From Octopus vulgaris (taxonomy: Eukaryota): a DNA stretch of 64,000 nt. Each line of letters starts with the position of its first letter. Position 1 is the stretch's first letter. The translations under genes were made by a program, and so were the position numbers. The notes below the pieces were generated by a model. That model ran no database searches, had not been told where the DNA came from, and saw only the letters and a list, made by a program, of their open reading frames with translations. This document shows, piece after piece, positions 43,099 through 56,527 of the stretch. The stretch lies in the NCBI GenBank assembly GCA_951406725.2, contig OX597831.1, positions 44,268,001 to 44,332,000 on the forward strand, given 5' to 3'.

Positions 43099-46000
43099 AT
43101 GCTCAGAATAGGTAGTATAAATGTACGTGGCTTGGGGTCGCCTTGGAAACAAGGCTACCTGTTAAATGACATCAAGTCACTAAATCTGAATATAATAGCC
43201 ATCAGTGAGACCAGACTCCACAGCTTGCGGGCACTCCAGCACATTTTCGGTACACATTTCAACATTTATTTTTCTCCGTGTCTACCGAGAATGGGCGGAG
43301 GTGGCACCGCGGTGCTTATCCGGAAGAGTCTGGATCTCAAAGTAAGAGCAAATTTCCTAGACCCGGAGGGTAGGCTGGTCGTTTTGGATGTCGATGGCAG
43401 CAATGAGTGTGCTTTTCGACTGATAGCAGTTTATGCTCCGTCCTTAACAGGCCGACCAGATTTCTTTCGACGTCTAGAGTCTTTCATGGGAACGTCTCGT
43501 CCTTTACTTTTAGTGGGGGATTGGAATGCCACCCTGGACACGCATCTAGACTACGTGGGCAGAGATAGCAATAGAAGGGGATGCAAATGCCTCAAAGACC
43601 TGCTCAGACGTTTCCAACTGTCTGACAGGTACCGACTGGACCACCCGAATGTGCCAATGTGGACATGGAGTAACCGCATCGGGTCGTCCAGATCATACTT
43701 AGATAGAGTATTCTGTAGGACAATAGATAAAAATAGTGTAGGTTGTCCACAATTTCATATAGTCAGTTACACAGATCACAAGTTTGTGACTTGTACACTT
43801 GACTTAGATAAGACACATAGGCAGGGTCCTGGTTACTGGAAACTGAACGCGTCTTTTACAGCACGACAGGTTTACAGGGACCGGATCAGCACATTAGTTA
43901 AGAGAGCTTTGACGGGTACCATCATCAACAACAGATGGTGGTATTCCCTAAAAAAAGCGATTAAAGCAGAATCAGTCAGATACAGTAGAGCCCTAGCATT
44001 AGACCGAAATAGAGTAGAGGGAGAATTAGTTAAGGTTTTAGAAGAGGCACTTAGAACTGGCATCGCGTCCAACGTACTGGCGGCGAGATTGGCCCTCGAC
44101 CAACACCTCAACGCCAAACACGAGGGATGCGTTGTCAGAGCTAGGATGCGTGCTCTGAGGAACGAAGGAGTTGGAGCCGCCCAAGAGGCCCGAGTGGTGG
44201 AGACGCAACGAGGCAACAGAGCCACCATCAAGTCTCTTATAGATGAACAGGGGCGCGAATTACTCGAGCCTAAAAGGATGTGTGGGGTTTTTCAACAACA
44301 CTTCACCCAACTGTTTGGGACAAGTGGTGAGTCAGAAAGCAGAGTGGACTTTAGTGCCTACCTGCATGCCTTGCCACGACTCTCAGCAAGGGAGGTGGAG
44401 TCTTGTGAAAAGCCTATCACAGCTGCGGACGTACAGGATGCGATGGTAGGCTGCGCGAGAGACAAGTCACCAGGCTTGGATGGTCTGCCCTACGAATTTT
44501 ATTTTCATATGCCAGACTTGTTTGGAGGCGTCTTGGCAGCTGTCTACTGCAACTGGCAGCAAAACGGGAGTATTCCTGCTTTTGTAAAGCGAGGAGCAGT
44601 GGCACTGATCAAGAAATACCCAAACAAGGGGGACGTCATAGATAATTTCAGGCCCATCACTCTGCTCAACGCAGATTTGAAAATTTTGGCCAAGGTGTTA
44701 GCCGAGAGGTTGGCGCTTGTCATCAAGAAACTAATCGACAAGGCGCAAACATGCGCCGTGCCGGGTAGAAGTATTCATGACAACCTCCATCTGATGCGCT
44801 ACATCATAGACAGGGTAGTTAAAAATCCTGGCATGGGTGGGGCGCTGATCAATTTGGATCAATCAAAAGCCTTCGATAGGGTAGACCATCACTACTTGGA
44901 GGCTGTCCTCAAAGCGGCTGGTTTCGGTCCAGTTTTCCGCAGTTGGATCGCTGCCTTATACAGCGGCATCCGCTCAGTAGTTCGCGTAAATGGTCATCTA
45001 TCCAGACCTTTTAACATCATGCGTTCGGTTCGTCAAGGATGCCCCCTCTCATCGCTGCTGTATGTACTGACTCTTGAGCCACTACTGCGGAAACTGGCGA
45101 CGCTGAGGGGCATCCCACGAGAGCTGGGATGCGGGAGGAGCGTGTCTGCATACGCGGATGACGTCACCGTCATAGTGTCGAGCTACGAGCACATCGAGCT
45201 GGTCGGCGAGACACTGAAAGAATACGAAGCGGTAACGGGAGCAAAAATTAACCGGGAAAAGTCAGTGGGCTTGCGGCTCGGCACCTGGAGAAGCAAGCCC
45301 ATGCCGTCCAACAGCGTCTCCATCGTGGGACGCTGGACGGACGGACCGGTTAAATTGCTCGGGGTCTGGTTCGGTCCGGACCTCCAAATGGAGAAGAACT
45401 GGGGCGAGATAACGACTAGGGTGGCTACTCTCACCCAGAAATGGACTGAGAGAAAGCTATCCCTAAAAGGTCGGGCGGAGGTGGCGAACGCGTACATCGC
45501 ATCCGTCATCGAGTACCGTCTGACCGTCGTGCCTTGTCCCGACCCTACCATCACCAAACTGGAACGCATACTCTTCCGCTTCTTGTGGAAGGGAAACGTT
45601 CCGATGGTCAGGCGATCCATTTGCTGCCAACACCCGCTAAATGGAGGGCTGGGCATGCCGTGGTTGATGATGCGCAGACATGCGCTGAGACTGCGACATC
45701 TCCGGCGCTTCATAGACAACGGTGAACAGGGGTGGTCGCCTTTTGTGCGGCGCGCTTTCCCGCAGCTCGTCTCCTTGGACGAACTACAGTCATGGATCAA
45801 GCAGAGACCGAGGCTAGGCGAATGGCACCGTGAGTGTCGCGTTGCTCTCAAGCAACTCTGCCGTCCGGGATCGAACTTGTGCGACTCCATCACAACAAAG
45901 GCATTCTATAGAGGATTAGTGGAGGGGAGGTGCGACGACGAACTCGGGCAGAGTCTGGGCGTCGACGAGGAACACCTGACCCGCCTGTTCAGGACAACTT

Positions 46001-46536
46001 TCGGGCCGGGACCTATGAACAATCACCAAAGATCCCTGGCCTGGCAGTGCTATCGAGAAGCATTACCTGTTCGGGATAAGCTCTACAGACACGGTTCCAG
46101 ACACACTGGACCGACTTGCCCGAGATGCGGTCAGAGCGACGAAACCGTTCTGCACGCACTCGTGCAATGTCCAACCATTTCCGACCTGTGGGCTTATGCC
46201 GAACGGCTGCTGTCACGTGTGGGACGAATCCGCCTATCGGCCGAGTCTATCGTGAGAATTGCTCCGCCCCCTTCCCTCAACCGGGAAGGCAAGGCAGTTT
46301 TCATCGTACTGGTGGCCATGGTGAAAGAATGTGTGTGGTGGACTCGAGCGAAAGGATTAGAGACAAACACTTACCTCTCTGGCCATTCGCTCATCAACTT
46401 TTTCAAGTACCACTTGAAAAGGAAGGTGAGAATGGAGAGGGAAGTTTTGTCTCGCGAAAGATTCAATAAAAGATGGGTGAATGTTGCAAAGATGGTGCGT
46501 GCTAGTAACGAAACCATTTTGAGCATGATCCTGTAG
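43099..46536 (+). CDS. ORF2p: APE endonuclease, reverse transcriptase and CCHC zinc finger (Tx1-like)
   Basis: APE motifs NVRG, SET, YAP, GDWN, LDR, TDH; GPGYWKLN; RT motifs KSPGLDG, RPITLLN, DQSKAFD, RQGCPLS, YADD; LSLKGR, GGLG; CPRC-x8-H-x4-C. Uninterrupted; first ATG at 43099. Confidence 0.96.
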   Translation: MLRIGSINVRGLGSPWKQGYLLNDIKSLNLNIIAISETRLHSLRALQHIFGTHFNIYFSPCLPRMGGGGTAVLIRKSLDLKVRANFLDPEGRLVVLDVDGSNECAFRLIAVYAPSLTGRPDFFRRLESFMGTSRPLLLVGDWNATLDTHLDYVGRDSNRRGCKCLKDLLRRFQLSDRYRLDHPNVPMWTWSNRIGSSRSYLDRVFCRTIDKNSVGCPQFHIVSYTDHKFVTCTLDLDKTHRQGPGYWKLNASFTARQVYRDRISTLVKRALTGTIINNRWWYSLKKAIKAESVRYSRALALDRNRVEGELVKVLEEALRTGIASNVLAARLALDQHLNAKHEGCVVRARMRALRNEGVGAAQEARVVETQRGNRATIKSLIDEQGRELLEPKRMCGVFQQHFTQLFGTSGESESRVDFSAYLHALPRLSAREVESCEKPITAADVQDAMVGCARDKSPGLDGLPYEFYFHMPDLFGGVLAAVYCNWQQNGSIPAFVKRGAVALIKKYPNKGDVIDNFRPITLLNADLKILAKVLAERLALVIKKLIDKAQTCAVPGRSIHDNLHLMRYIIDRVVKNPGMGGALINLDQSKAFDRVDHHYLEAVLKAAGFGPVFRSWIAALYSGIRSVVRVNGHLSRPFNIMRSVRQGCPLSSLLYVLTLEPLLRKLATLRGIPRELGCGRSVSAYADDVTVIVSSYEHIELVGETLKEYEAVTGAKINREKSVGLRLGTWRSKPMPSNSVSIVGRWTDGPVKLLGVWFGPDLQMEKNWGEITTRVATLTQKWTERKLSLKGRAEVANAYIASVIEYRLTVVPCPDPTITKLERILFRFLWKGNVPMVRRSICCQHPLNGGLGMPWLMMRRHALRLRHLRRFIDNGEQGWSPFVRRAFPQLVSLDELQSWIKQRPRLGEWHRECRVALKQLCRPGSNLCDSITTKAFYRGLVEGRCDDELGQSLGVDEEHLTRLFRTTFGPGPMNNHQRSLAWQCYREALPVRDKLYRHGSRHTGPTCPRCGQSDETVLHALVQCPTISDLWAYAERLLSRVGRIRLSAESIVRIAPPPSLNREGKAVFIVLVAMVKECVWWTRAKGLETNTYLSGHSLINFFKYHLKRKVRMEREVLSRERFNKRWVNVAKMVRASNETILSMIL

Positions 46537-46839
46537 ATCGTAAAAAAGAAAGAAAGAGAGCATTTTTGACCTCATGTGTTTATTTCCTCCCTGACTGGGG
46601 TTCCCGTGGTCTTTTCTGTAGGCTTTTCTTCCCACGGATGAACCCAATCTTGTTATATCAATGTTTACACCATTATTTCTGTGATACACGATTTTCTTTT
46701 TTTCCTTTTTTTTTCCTCCTCTCGATCCCTTTTGATCGCAATCTTACATTTTTATTTTTTTCCACCCTCGAAAAGAAAAGCTCTGCATTTGTATTTGTCC
46801 CCTCTGTATTCAGCCCTGTGTGGCTAATAAAAGAAAGTT

Positions 46840-47700
<861 letters not shown>

Positions 47701-48702
47701 CATGTATCTATATCTATCTTCACCCATCCACCAATCTATATTGATCTCTCCATCTATTTACCTATTTATCCATTCATATATGTATATATGATTATCCGTT
47801 TATCTATCCATTTATCAATCTATCAATCTAACTAGCCATCAATCTACATCTTTTTTACTACTTGTTTTTACTTGTTTTATTTATCTCATATCTCTTCAAG
47901 AACATCACCATCGTACGTAGTTACTAGTTATATTTCCATGTCACGGAGACCGCTTCAATTAAACTTGCAAAAAATGTCATCAGCTTCATTAGACGTCATC
48001 AGTATAGCTTACTGTACATAGAAAAAAAACTGGTTAGATGTTGGCCGGTAGTTTTAGAGGTCATTTGTAAAACTTTAAACACAATAACACCGAATGACTC
48101 AGGTCTATGCTTTGCTCCTTCAGTTTTTCAATATTTTTCTCTCCTGCATTTATTTGTGGGACTGTACAATGCTATAGAGCTCTTGTTTCCCGGCTTTTTC
48201 TTGAAAAACAATTTATCTTTAACCTCCTAACACTGCTGCCTATCTTGATTTCAATAAGCAACATGCTTTCCTCTAAAACACCCCCCACACACATACACAC
48301 ACACACACGCACACTGATAATCGTCTGCTCATATATTTTAACCATACACTCAAACACACATCATCAACCCACCACACGCCTCATGCTGTCATCTTGCTCT
48401 TACCAAACCCATTCGCGTGAAATCTTTCTCATTTGACATGAGTCACGTGATAACCGGTGTAGGCTTCTTTTACGTCCGATAGAATAAGTTCCAGGCTTAA
48501 TTTAATTTGAATTCTGGAGTCGATTTGATCGGCTGAAAAAAATAAACCTTCAAAGCATTTCCCCAGCATGGCTGCAGTTCAATACCTGAAGTAAGAAAAA
48601 GCATAGACGCTGAATCTCTATTTGAACAAGTCTGGGCATTTTATTCAGTGTACTATTTTCGACAATTTTGGCTTTTTTGTTAAAGCCTATTCATAATTCT
48701 TT

Positions 48703-48810
48703 CCACGTTGAAAGCACCGGTTCTCGTCTGATCAACGAAGTTAAGCAACGTCGAGCTTAGTGAGTACTTAGATGGGTGACCGCTTGGGAAACCTAGGTGC
48801 TGTAAGCATT
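48703..48810 (+). pseudogene. 5S rRNA copy lacking roughly the first 12-13 nt
   Basis: CCACGTTGAAAGCACCGGTTCTCGTCTGATCAACGAAGTTAAGCAACGTCGAGC...AGTACTTAGATGGGTGACCGCTTGGGAAACCTAGGTGCTGTAAGCATTT is invertebrate 5S, with box A (AGTTAAGC) and box C. It is solitary, not arrayed. Confidence 0.88.
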
Positions 48811-48815
48811 TATTT

Positions 48816-49205
48816 AGGCGTAGGAGTGGCTGTGTGGTAAGTAGCTTGCTTACGAACCACATGGTTCTGGGTTCAGTCCTACTCTTCTACTATAGACTCG
48901 GGCCGACCAAAGCCTTGTCAGTGGATTTGGTAGACGGAAACTGACAGAGGCCCGTCGTATATATGTATATATATGTGTGTCTGTGTGTATATGTTTATGT
49001 GTCTGTTTGTCTCCCCCCAAAAAAAACATCACTTGACAACCGATGGTGATGTGTTTACGTACCCGTAACTTAGCGATTCGGCAAAAGAGAGCGATAGAAT
49101 AAGTACTAGGCTTACAAAGAATAAGTCCTAGGGTCGACTTGCTCGACTAAAAGGCGGTGCTCCAGTATGTCCACAGTCAAATGACTGAAACAAGTAAAAG
49201 AAATA
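48816..49205 (+). mobile_element. SINE family A (small internal deletion)
   Basis: The family A head begins 5 nt after the 5S end. Confidence 0.85.
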
Positions 49206-49214
49206 AAGGAGATT

Positions 49215-50260
49215 TTTGACACAAGGCGAGTAATTTGAGGGGAGGGAATGTTCAACTGTTACATATCTTTATCGATCTCAAATGGATGAAAGGCAATGTC
49301 GACCTTGGCGAAATTTGAACTCAAAACATAAAGAAACGGAAGAAATGCCGCTAAGTATTTCGTCTGACGCGCTAACGACTCGGGCAGCTCGCTACCTCAA
49401 AATCCATTCGCAATGGCTTCAAACTTTGGCACAAGGCCAGAAATTTTAGGAGAGTGGCTGTGTCGATAACATCGACCTCAGTGCTCAACTGGCCCTTATT
49501 TTAATCGATCCCGAAAGGGTGAAAGGCTAAGTCGACCCTAGCAGAATTTGACCACAGAACGTAAAGAGTCAAAAGAAATACTGCTAAGCATTTTGTCCGA
49601 CGCGCTAACGCCTCTAAGTATATTCATTATGAAAGAAAATACGATAATCTTTTCTACAAAAGTTGGAGCCCGAAATTTTGTGGGGAGGGGCAGTCGATTG
49701 CATCGATCCCAGTGCTCTACCGGTACTTATCTTTATCGTCCTCGAAAGGATAGAAGGCACAGTCGACCTCGGCAGAATTTGAACTCAGATCATAAAAACA
49801 GACGAAATACCGCTAAGCATTTCGCCCGGCGTGCTAACGTTTCTGCCAGAACGCCGCCTTTAATATTCTTTTCTACTCTAGGCACAAGGCTCGAAATTTG
49901 GGAGAAGGGTCCAATCGATTAGATCGATCCCAGTACGCAAAGGGTACATAATTTATCGAACCCGAAAGGATGAAAGGCAAAGTCGACCTCGGAGGAATTT
50001 GAACTCAGAACGGAAAAACAGACGAAATACCTATTTCTTTACTACCCACAACGGGCTAAACACAGAGAGGACAAACAAGGACAGACAAATGGATTAAGTC
50101 GATTATATCGACCCCAGTGCGTAACTGGTACTTATTTAATTGACCCCGAAAGGAAGAAAGGCAAAGTCGACCTCGGCGGAATTTGAACTCAGAACATAGC
50201 GGTAGACGAAATACCGCAAAGCATTTCACCCGGCGTGCTAACGTTTCTGCCAGATCGCTG
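49215..50260 (-). mobile_element. cluster of 4-5 SINE family B copies in the same orientation
   Basis: GAAAGGATGAAAGGCAAAGTCGACCTCGGCGGAATTTGAACTCAG and variants are repeated. Confidence 0.8.
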
Positions 50261-50414
50261 CATTAAAGATTCATTCATACTGGGAAAAAATAAGATAATG
50301 CGTTGTCGTTTCACAAAGCAAATCAAAAGTCTCAAATACACTGGTAGCCAAGCGATGATGAGGGAACAAAAACAAAGACGCACACACATCGATATATATA
50401 TATATATATACATA

Positions 50415-50810
50415 CTAGCAGCATCGCCCGGCGTTGCTCGGGTTTGTAAGGGAAATAACTATATAAGCATTTTTAGAGAGTTATAGCCAAAAAATAGCAA
50501 AAAAATGCATTAAAAATGGAAAAAAAATGATGGTAAATTTTTTTTTAAATCGTTGACTCATCGTAAACATTTTTAGAGAGTTACTTCCCTTATATAATAG
50601 CGAAAAATGCATTAAAATGAAAAAAAATGATGGTAAATTATTTTTAAAATCGTAGCCTCATCGTAGACGCGCGCTAATACCCAGAAGGGCTCGATATGAA
50701 TCACGACTATAAGATACCCGCTTTTGGTTCACTGCACCCCAAAATGTGGGAGTAGTTAGGAATCTAAATCGTAGGAGACAGATACACAACTTGACTTTTA
50801 TATATAAAGA
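50415..50810 (-). mobile_element. Non-autonomous Helitron
   Basis: Minus strand: A|TCTTTATATATAAAAG start, CCCGAGCAACGCCGGG hairpin, CTAG|T end. It has an internal ~100-bp duplication and is inserted in the TA tract of a family A SINE. Confidence 0.85.
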
Positions 50811-51373
50811 TATATACGACGGGCTTTCATTCAGTTTTCATCAACCAAATCCACTTATAAGTGTTTGGTCGACCTGAAGCTATAGTAGAAGGCACTTGAC
50901 CAAGATGCCACGCAGTGGGACTGAACCCGGAGCCATGTGGTTGGGAAGCAAGTTTCTTACCACACAGTCACGCCTGTATATATATTCATATATGGCGAGC
51001 TTCCACACAGTTTCCGTCTATCGAATTCACTCACAACCTATTGGACGGTTCGGGGTTATAGGAGAAGATATTTATCTAAGCTCCCTTCTTAACTACACAG
51101 TCATTGCTACCCCTAGGAAATTATTCTTGCCGTTTATTCTTTTACCAGATCGAATAATCGCGTAGAGGTTCCCGGTCAACGAGTAAACATTATGCATTCG
51201 CCTCCCTTGTTGTGTGACGAAACCTTTGACTTACTGGGTTTGTAGTAGCCCTTGATTCACTGGAAAATATGCCCATGCGTTATTTATCTTGGGAAAATCA
51301 ACAAGGCATAAGCCCATCCCCCCTCTCTCTCTCTTCTTTCTCTTTCTTTCTCTCTCCCTCTCTCTCTCTCTCT

Positions 51374-51428
<55 letters not shown>

Positions 51429-51829
51429 CTTATTACTTATTACTTACTTATTATATATTGATCATTCATTTTTATACTTTTTGTGATCTAGTTATATGTT
51501 TAAAAAAATATATTTTATTTTTATTTATGATTTGGTTTATGTCTATCATTGTTTGAATTGGATAATAGTGGTTTTTCTCTAATTTATATATATTATATAT
51601 TTCTATTGTGAAATTTGATTTAATACTAAATTGAATTTTTCCCTGTAAATTTGGAGTTATAGTCCCTAATATTATTATTATAATTATATATATATATATA
51701 TATATGAGAAACCTACGCATGCAGTGACCAAGTAAAAATCTTGACAGAGAGGAAGTGAGTGAATGAGTGAAAAATATTCCGGTGTGTTGTCTACCTTGGG
51801 AAAATCAACAAGACAGAGCCCATCCCAAC

Positions 51830-51866
<37 letters not shown>

Positions 51867-52139
51867 CGAGAAAGCTGTACATGCAGTCACCAAGTAAATA
51901 CCACGACGGAGAGGGAGATACGAAAATACGAAACCATTTACGAGGGATTAAACTTAGTGCTGCAAATTAACGAACCATTTGCCGACTTGCCGACTTTCCA
52001 AATGCTGTTGATGGTAAAGGCACAACACGGATTTTTCCCTATACCGATAATCCGGAAACCTTTATAATCCTCTCTAATTTACCCTAAAATTACTGGCAGC
52101 TGTATTTTTTATTTAATCCTTTTGCCGTTTATGTCTCAT

Positions 52140-52346
52140 CTTTTTCTTGTTTCAGTTATTAAAGTACGGCCAAGCTGGGGCACCGCCTTGAAGAATTTTT
52201 AGTCGAAGAAATCGACCCCAGTACTTACTTGTTAAGCTTGGTACTTATTCCACCGATCTCTTAAGCCGAACCGCTAAGTTACTGGGACGTAAATACACCA
52301 GCATCGGTTGTCAAACGGTGTTGGGGGACAAACAGGCACAATGACA

Positions 52347-52388
<42 letters not shown>

Positions 52389-52645
52389 CACACATACATA
52401 CATACATACATACATACATACATACATACATACATACATACATACATACATACATACACACACATACGTACGCACACACACACGACGCGCTTCTTTCAGT
52501 TTCCATCTACCCAATCCATTCACAAGGCTTTGGTCAGCCCGAGGATGACCAAAAGACACTTGCTCAAGGTGCCATGCAGTGAGACTGAACGCGGAACCAT
52601 ATAGTAGGGAAGCAATCTTCTTACCACACAGCCATACCCGCGCTT
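52140..52645 (-). mobile_element. SINE family A (diverged)
   Basis: Reverse-complement head, core and tail. Confidence 0.75.
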
Positions 52646-52794
52646 ATTTAAGTAAATTTAAGTTTTGCTTAATTTCGAGTATGCTGCCAAGGTAACCAGA
52701 CCTGTCTCGGAAAAATTCTGAAATCCAGAAAGGCTTTGGAGCCAAATGTTCCAGAAAACGTATGTTGTCGTTCTTATATCTAAATAATGTGTGA

Positions 52795-53388
52795 AGGTGC
52801 ATGGCTCAGTGGTTAGAGCGTCGAGCTCACAATCATGAGGTAGTGAGTCCGATTCCCGGACCGGGATCTGTATTGTGTTCTTGAGCAAACGCTTTATTAC
52901 ACGTCGCCCCATTTCACTCTGCTGTAGAAATGAGTTCTGGCTTCACTGGTGCCAAGCTGTATTGGCCTTTGCCTTTCCTTTGGATAACATCAGGGACATG
53001 GAGATAGGGAGGCTGGTGTGCATGGGCGACTGCTGGTCTTCCATAAACAACCTTGTCCAGACATGTGCCACGGAGGGTAACTTTCTTGGCCTTTGCCTTT
53101 CCTTTGGATAACATCAGGGACATGGAGATGGGAGGCTGGTGTGCATGGGCGACTGCTGGTCTTCCATAAACAGCCTTGTCCAGACATGTGCCACGGAGGG
53201 TAACTTTCTTGGCCTTTGCCTTTCCTTTGGATAACATCAGGGACATGGAGATGGGAGGCTGGTGTGCATGGGCGACTGCTGGTCTTCCATAAACAACCTT
53301 GTCCAGACATGTGCCACGGAGGGTAACTTTCTAGGTGCAACAGCATGGTCGTTCATGACCGAAGGTGGGTCTTTATCCTTTTTTTTTT
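52795..53388 (+). mobile_element. tRNA-derived SINE with an internal 3 x 123-bp tandem (52962-53331)
   Basis: Head TGGCTCAGTGGTTAGAGCG...GATTCCCGG. Units start at 52962, 53086 and 53209; oligo-T end. Confidence 0.8.
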
Positions 53389-54262
53389 CTATTTAAATAA
53401 GTAGACCAGGCATTTTGAAAGCTAAGTAATATACCCGCTGACTTGGTACGAACCAGCGACCTTTTGTTGACTAGTTATCCACCACACTATCTATCCTGCA
53501 CACTGAGCGATTTACAGTTGCTCATTCTTAAGAAACTGACAAGACCTCTTTGCGTGGCATTTAAAGACCTTCCCAAGGATTTCACAATGTTACTGGGATA
53601 TCGTTTGTGGTTTTTCAAGACTGACACATCATAAGAGATGCCCGCAGTATTAGAGACATATCGTAAAATATCTTCATTGTTAGTAAGACGTCATAGGCGT
53701 GTCCACGTTATTAGTGCTGGAGCATTATGAAGATCTGCAACATTAGTGACATGTCGTAATGTTATTCATTATTAGTGAGACCTTATAGGCGTGTCCACAC
53801 TATTAGTAAATCGTCGTAGGCGTGTCTTCGTTATTACTGAAATAGCATGAAGGGGTGTGAAGTGGAGGGGATGCACGGCGTTATTAATGAGACACGAGCT
53901 GCCGTCCTTTGGTGAAAAATGTACATCATAAGAGGCTCCCGTGTAACAGAACAAAAATAAAACGGGGGAGGTGCACCGCCTTAAAACAACGTAGGTTTTG
54001 TTCTCAACACCTCTGCCTTAAACAACTGCATTGTTGCTGCAACTGCTGATAACTAATGCACAATATGAGCAGATATAGTTAACTGCATAACTGCATTTGC
54101 AGCAAAGGGATAAGTGAAACGGAAAGAGTCTGCAGCAAACTGCTTTCCTTCTTGTATCCACTATACCAGTAGCCTGATACATGACATACATATATATATA
54201 TGCATATATATATACATATGTATATATATATGCATGTATATATATATATATATGTAAGTACG

Positions 54263-54297
<35 letters not shown>

Positions 54298-54316
54298 ATA
54301 TGTATGTATAGATATT

Positions 54317-54352
<36 letters not shown>

Positions 54353-54400
54353 CATATATATATATATGTGTGTATATTTATATATATGTATATATTTATG

Positions 54401-54436
<36 letters not shown>

Positions 54437-54563
54437 TATGTATATGTATGTATATATATAATATATATATGTATATATATATATGTATATATATATGTAT
54501 ATATATATATATAAATGTATATATATATATATATATATATAAATGTGTATATACATATATCTT

Positions 54564-54625
<62 letters not shown>

Positions 54626-54791
54626 CATATGGTGCAGTTCACAGTAGCAGAATTGTTAGCGCGCCAGGTATTCCTCCCGACACCATGTAGTCCGAGTTCA
54701 AATCCCTCCGAGGTCAACTTTGTCTTCCGTCCCTTCAGGAACCGACTAAGTACCAATCTGAAATTGTAGTCGTTTTCTCTCTCTCTCTCCC

Positions 54792-54844
<53 letters not shown>

Positions 54845-55455
54845 GTATATATATATACATGCATATATATCACTGTATCTCTCTCTCTCTCTCTCTTTCT
54901 CTTCCATCTCTCTCATTCTCTCCCCTCCTCCTTCCTGCTTTTCTTTCTCTATAATTAAAAAAGTGTCCAACACCGTCAAATAGCGGCGTCCACGTCGATT
55001 CGGCTTAAGTTTTAGCACTACGTATTTGATTCACATGCCTTTGGAATACCCAGCCGCTTCCATGTTTATTCATTCGATCGAACTACTATAAAGATGCTCA
55101 ACTCTGAAACCGGCGAAGAATGCACCAAACACTTTCATATTGTGCCACACAATAACGTGTTGCGTAATCGTACGCGGTATTCCGTGATACACGATGTTAT
55201 TTAACGAAGACTATACGGAAAGATAGCAGTGTGTGATTACACCATGCATTACGTAATTCGAATTATTGATTTCTAATCAAGCACATGACAAAAATATAAT
55301 CGAATGTATCGAGTGCAGTGCATATAGGTGCAGGCATAGCTGTCTTGTTAAGAAGTTCGATTTATAACCGAAAGGTTTCGGGTTCAGTCTCGCTGCGCGT
55401 CACATTCGGACAGTATCTTTTACAACTGGCTCAGGCCGACCAGTGCGCTGAGTGA

Positions 55456-55543
<88 letters not shown>

Positions 55544-55635
55544 CTGTTGTGTCTGGGAAGAGTCATTTTCTTTTTGTGCCTTATAATTCAACACACTCAC
55601 CGGTAAAATTTCCACTTATTTCTTATTTTTATTTT

Positions 55636-55674
55636 CCTAAAATTTTCGTTGCGTCTTGCAACCTTTTCAATAGT
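55636..55674 (-). ncRNA. possible minimal hammerhead motif (U3-A8)
   Basis: Minus strand CTA-TTGAAAA-G-GTTGC-AAGAC-GCAAC-GAAA-ATTT-TAG. Helix I is only 3 bp; the motif is enclosed by a ~23-bp inverted repeat. Confidence 0.45.
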
Positions 55675-55702
55675 CTTTACCGGTGTGTTAAATTATAATA
55701 TG

Positions 55703-55736
<34 letters not shown>

Positions 55737-55828
55737 TGTATGTATGTATGTATGTATGTATGTATGTACATATATATATATGTATGTATATATATATATA
55801 TACATATGCATATATATATATCTATGTA

Positions 55829-55893
<65 letters not shown>

Positions 55894-55946
55894 ATATATA
55901 CAGATATATATATATGTATGTATATATATACAGATACATATATATG

Positions 55947-56031
<85 letters not shown>

Positions 56032-56464
56032 TATAGGTAGTTAAGGTATAATAAAGCATTTCTTTCTCTGTCTGACGAATTTCTAATTGGCAATTCTTTA
56101 CTTTCTATATAACATGTAAGACTTGGTAAATCCTGTTAGCAGGTGGAGAATATATAATGCAAAAAAAATTCCATTTTTCTTGTATTGTTGTGTGTGTGTG
56201 TGTGTTGAAGCTGAAAACGCCAGGGGCCGATCACTCGGTGTCCATTGCGTATAAGAGACTGTGATCACAACATTTCCCTTGAATGGGACACCGGTCCGTA
56301 GCAGGGTTATCATTTACAGCTGAGTGGACTGGAGTAACGTGAAATGAAGTGTCTTGCTCAAGAACAAAACCCGCCGCTTGGCCCAGGTATCGGAACCCCA
56401 ATTTTGCAATCGTGAGTGCAACACCCTTAACCACACGGCTTTGCCACTTCACCGTCCTATATAA

Positions 56465-56527
<63 letters not shown>

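Noticed and set aside
45183-45893. Antisense and overlapping ORFs within ORF2
   Set aside because: Expected shadow ORFs in GC-richer coding sequence, with no motifs.
48703-48810. Functional 5S rRNA gene
   Set aside because: The 5' strand of helix I is missing, the copy is solitary, and the terminator is weak.
51165-52060. Possible DNA transposon with short TIRs and an internal duplication (CTTGGGAAAATCAACAAG at about 51288 and 51795)
   Set aside because: TIRs are too short and there is no clear TSD, so I cannot classify it.
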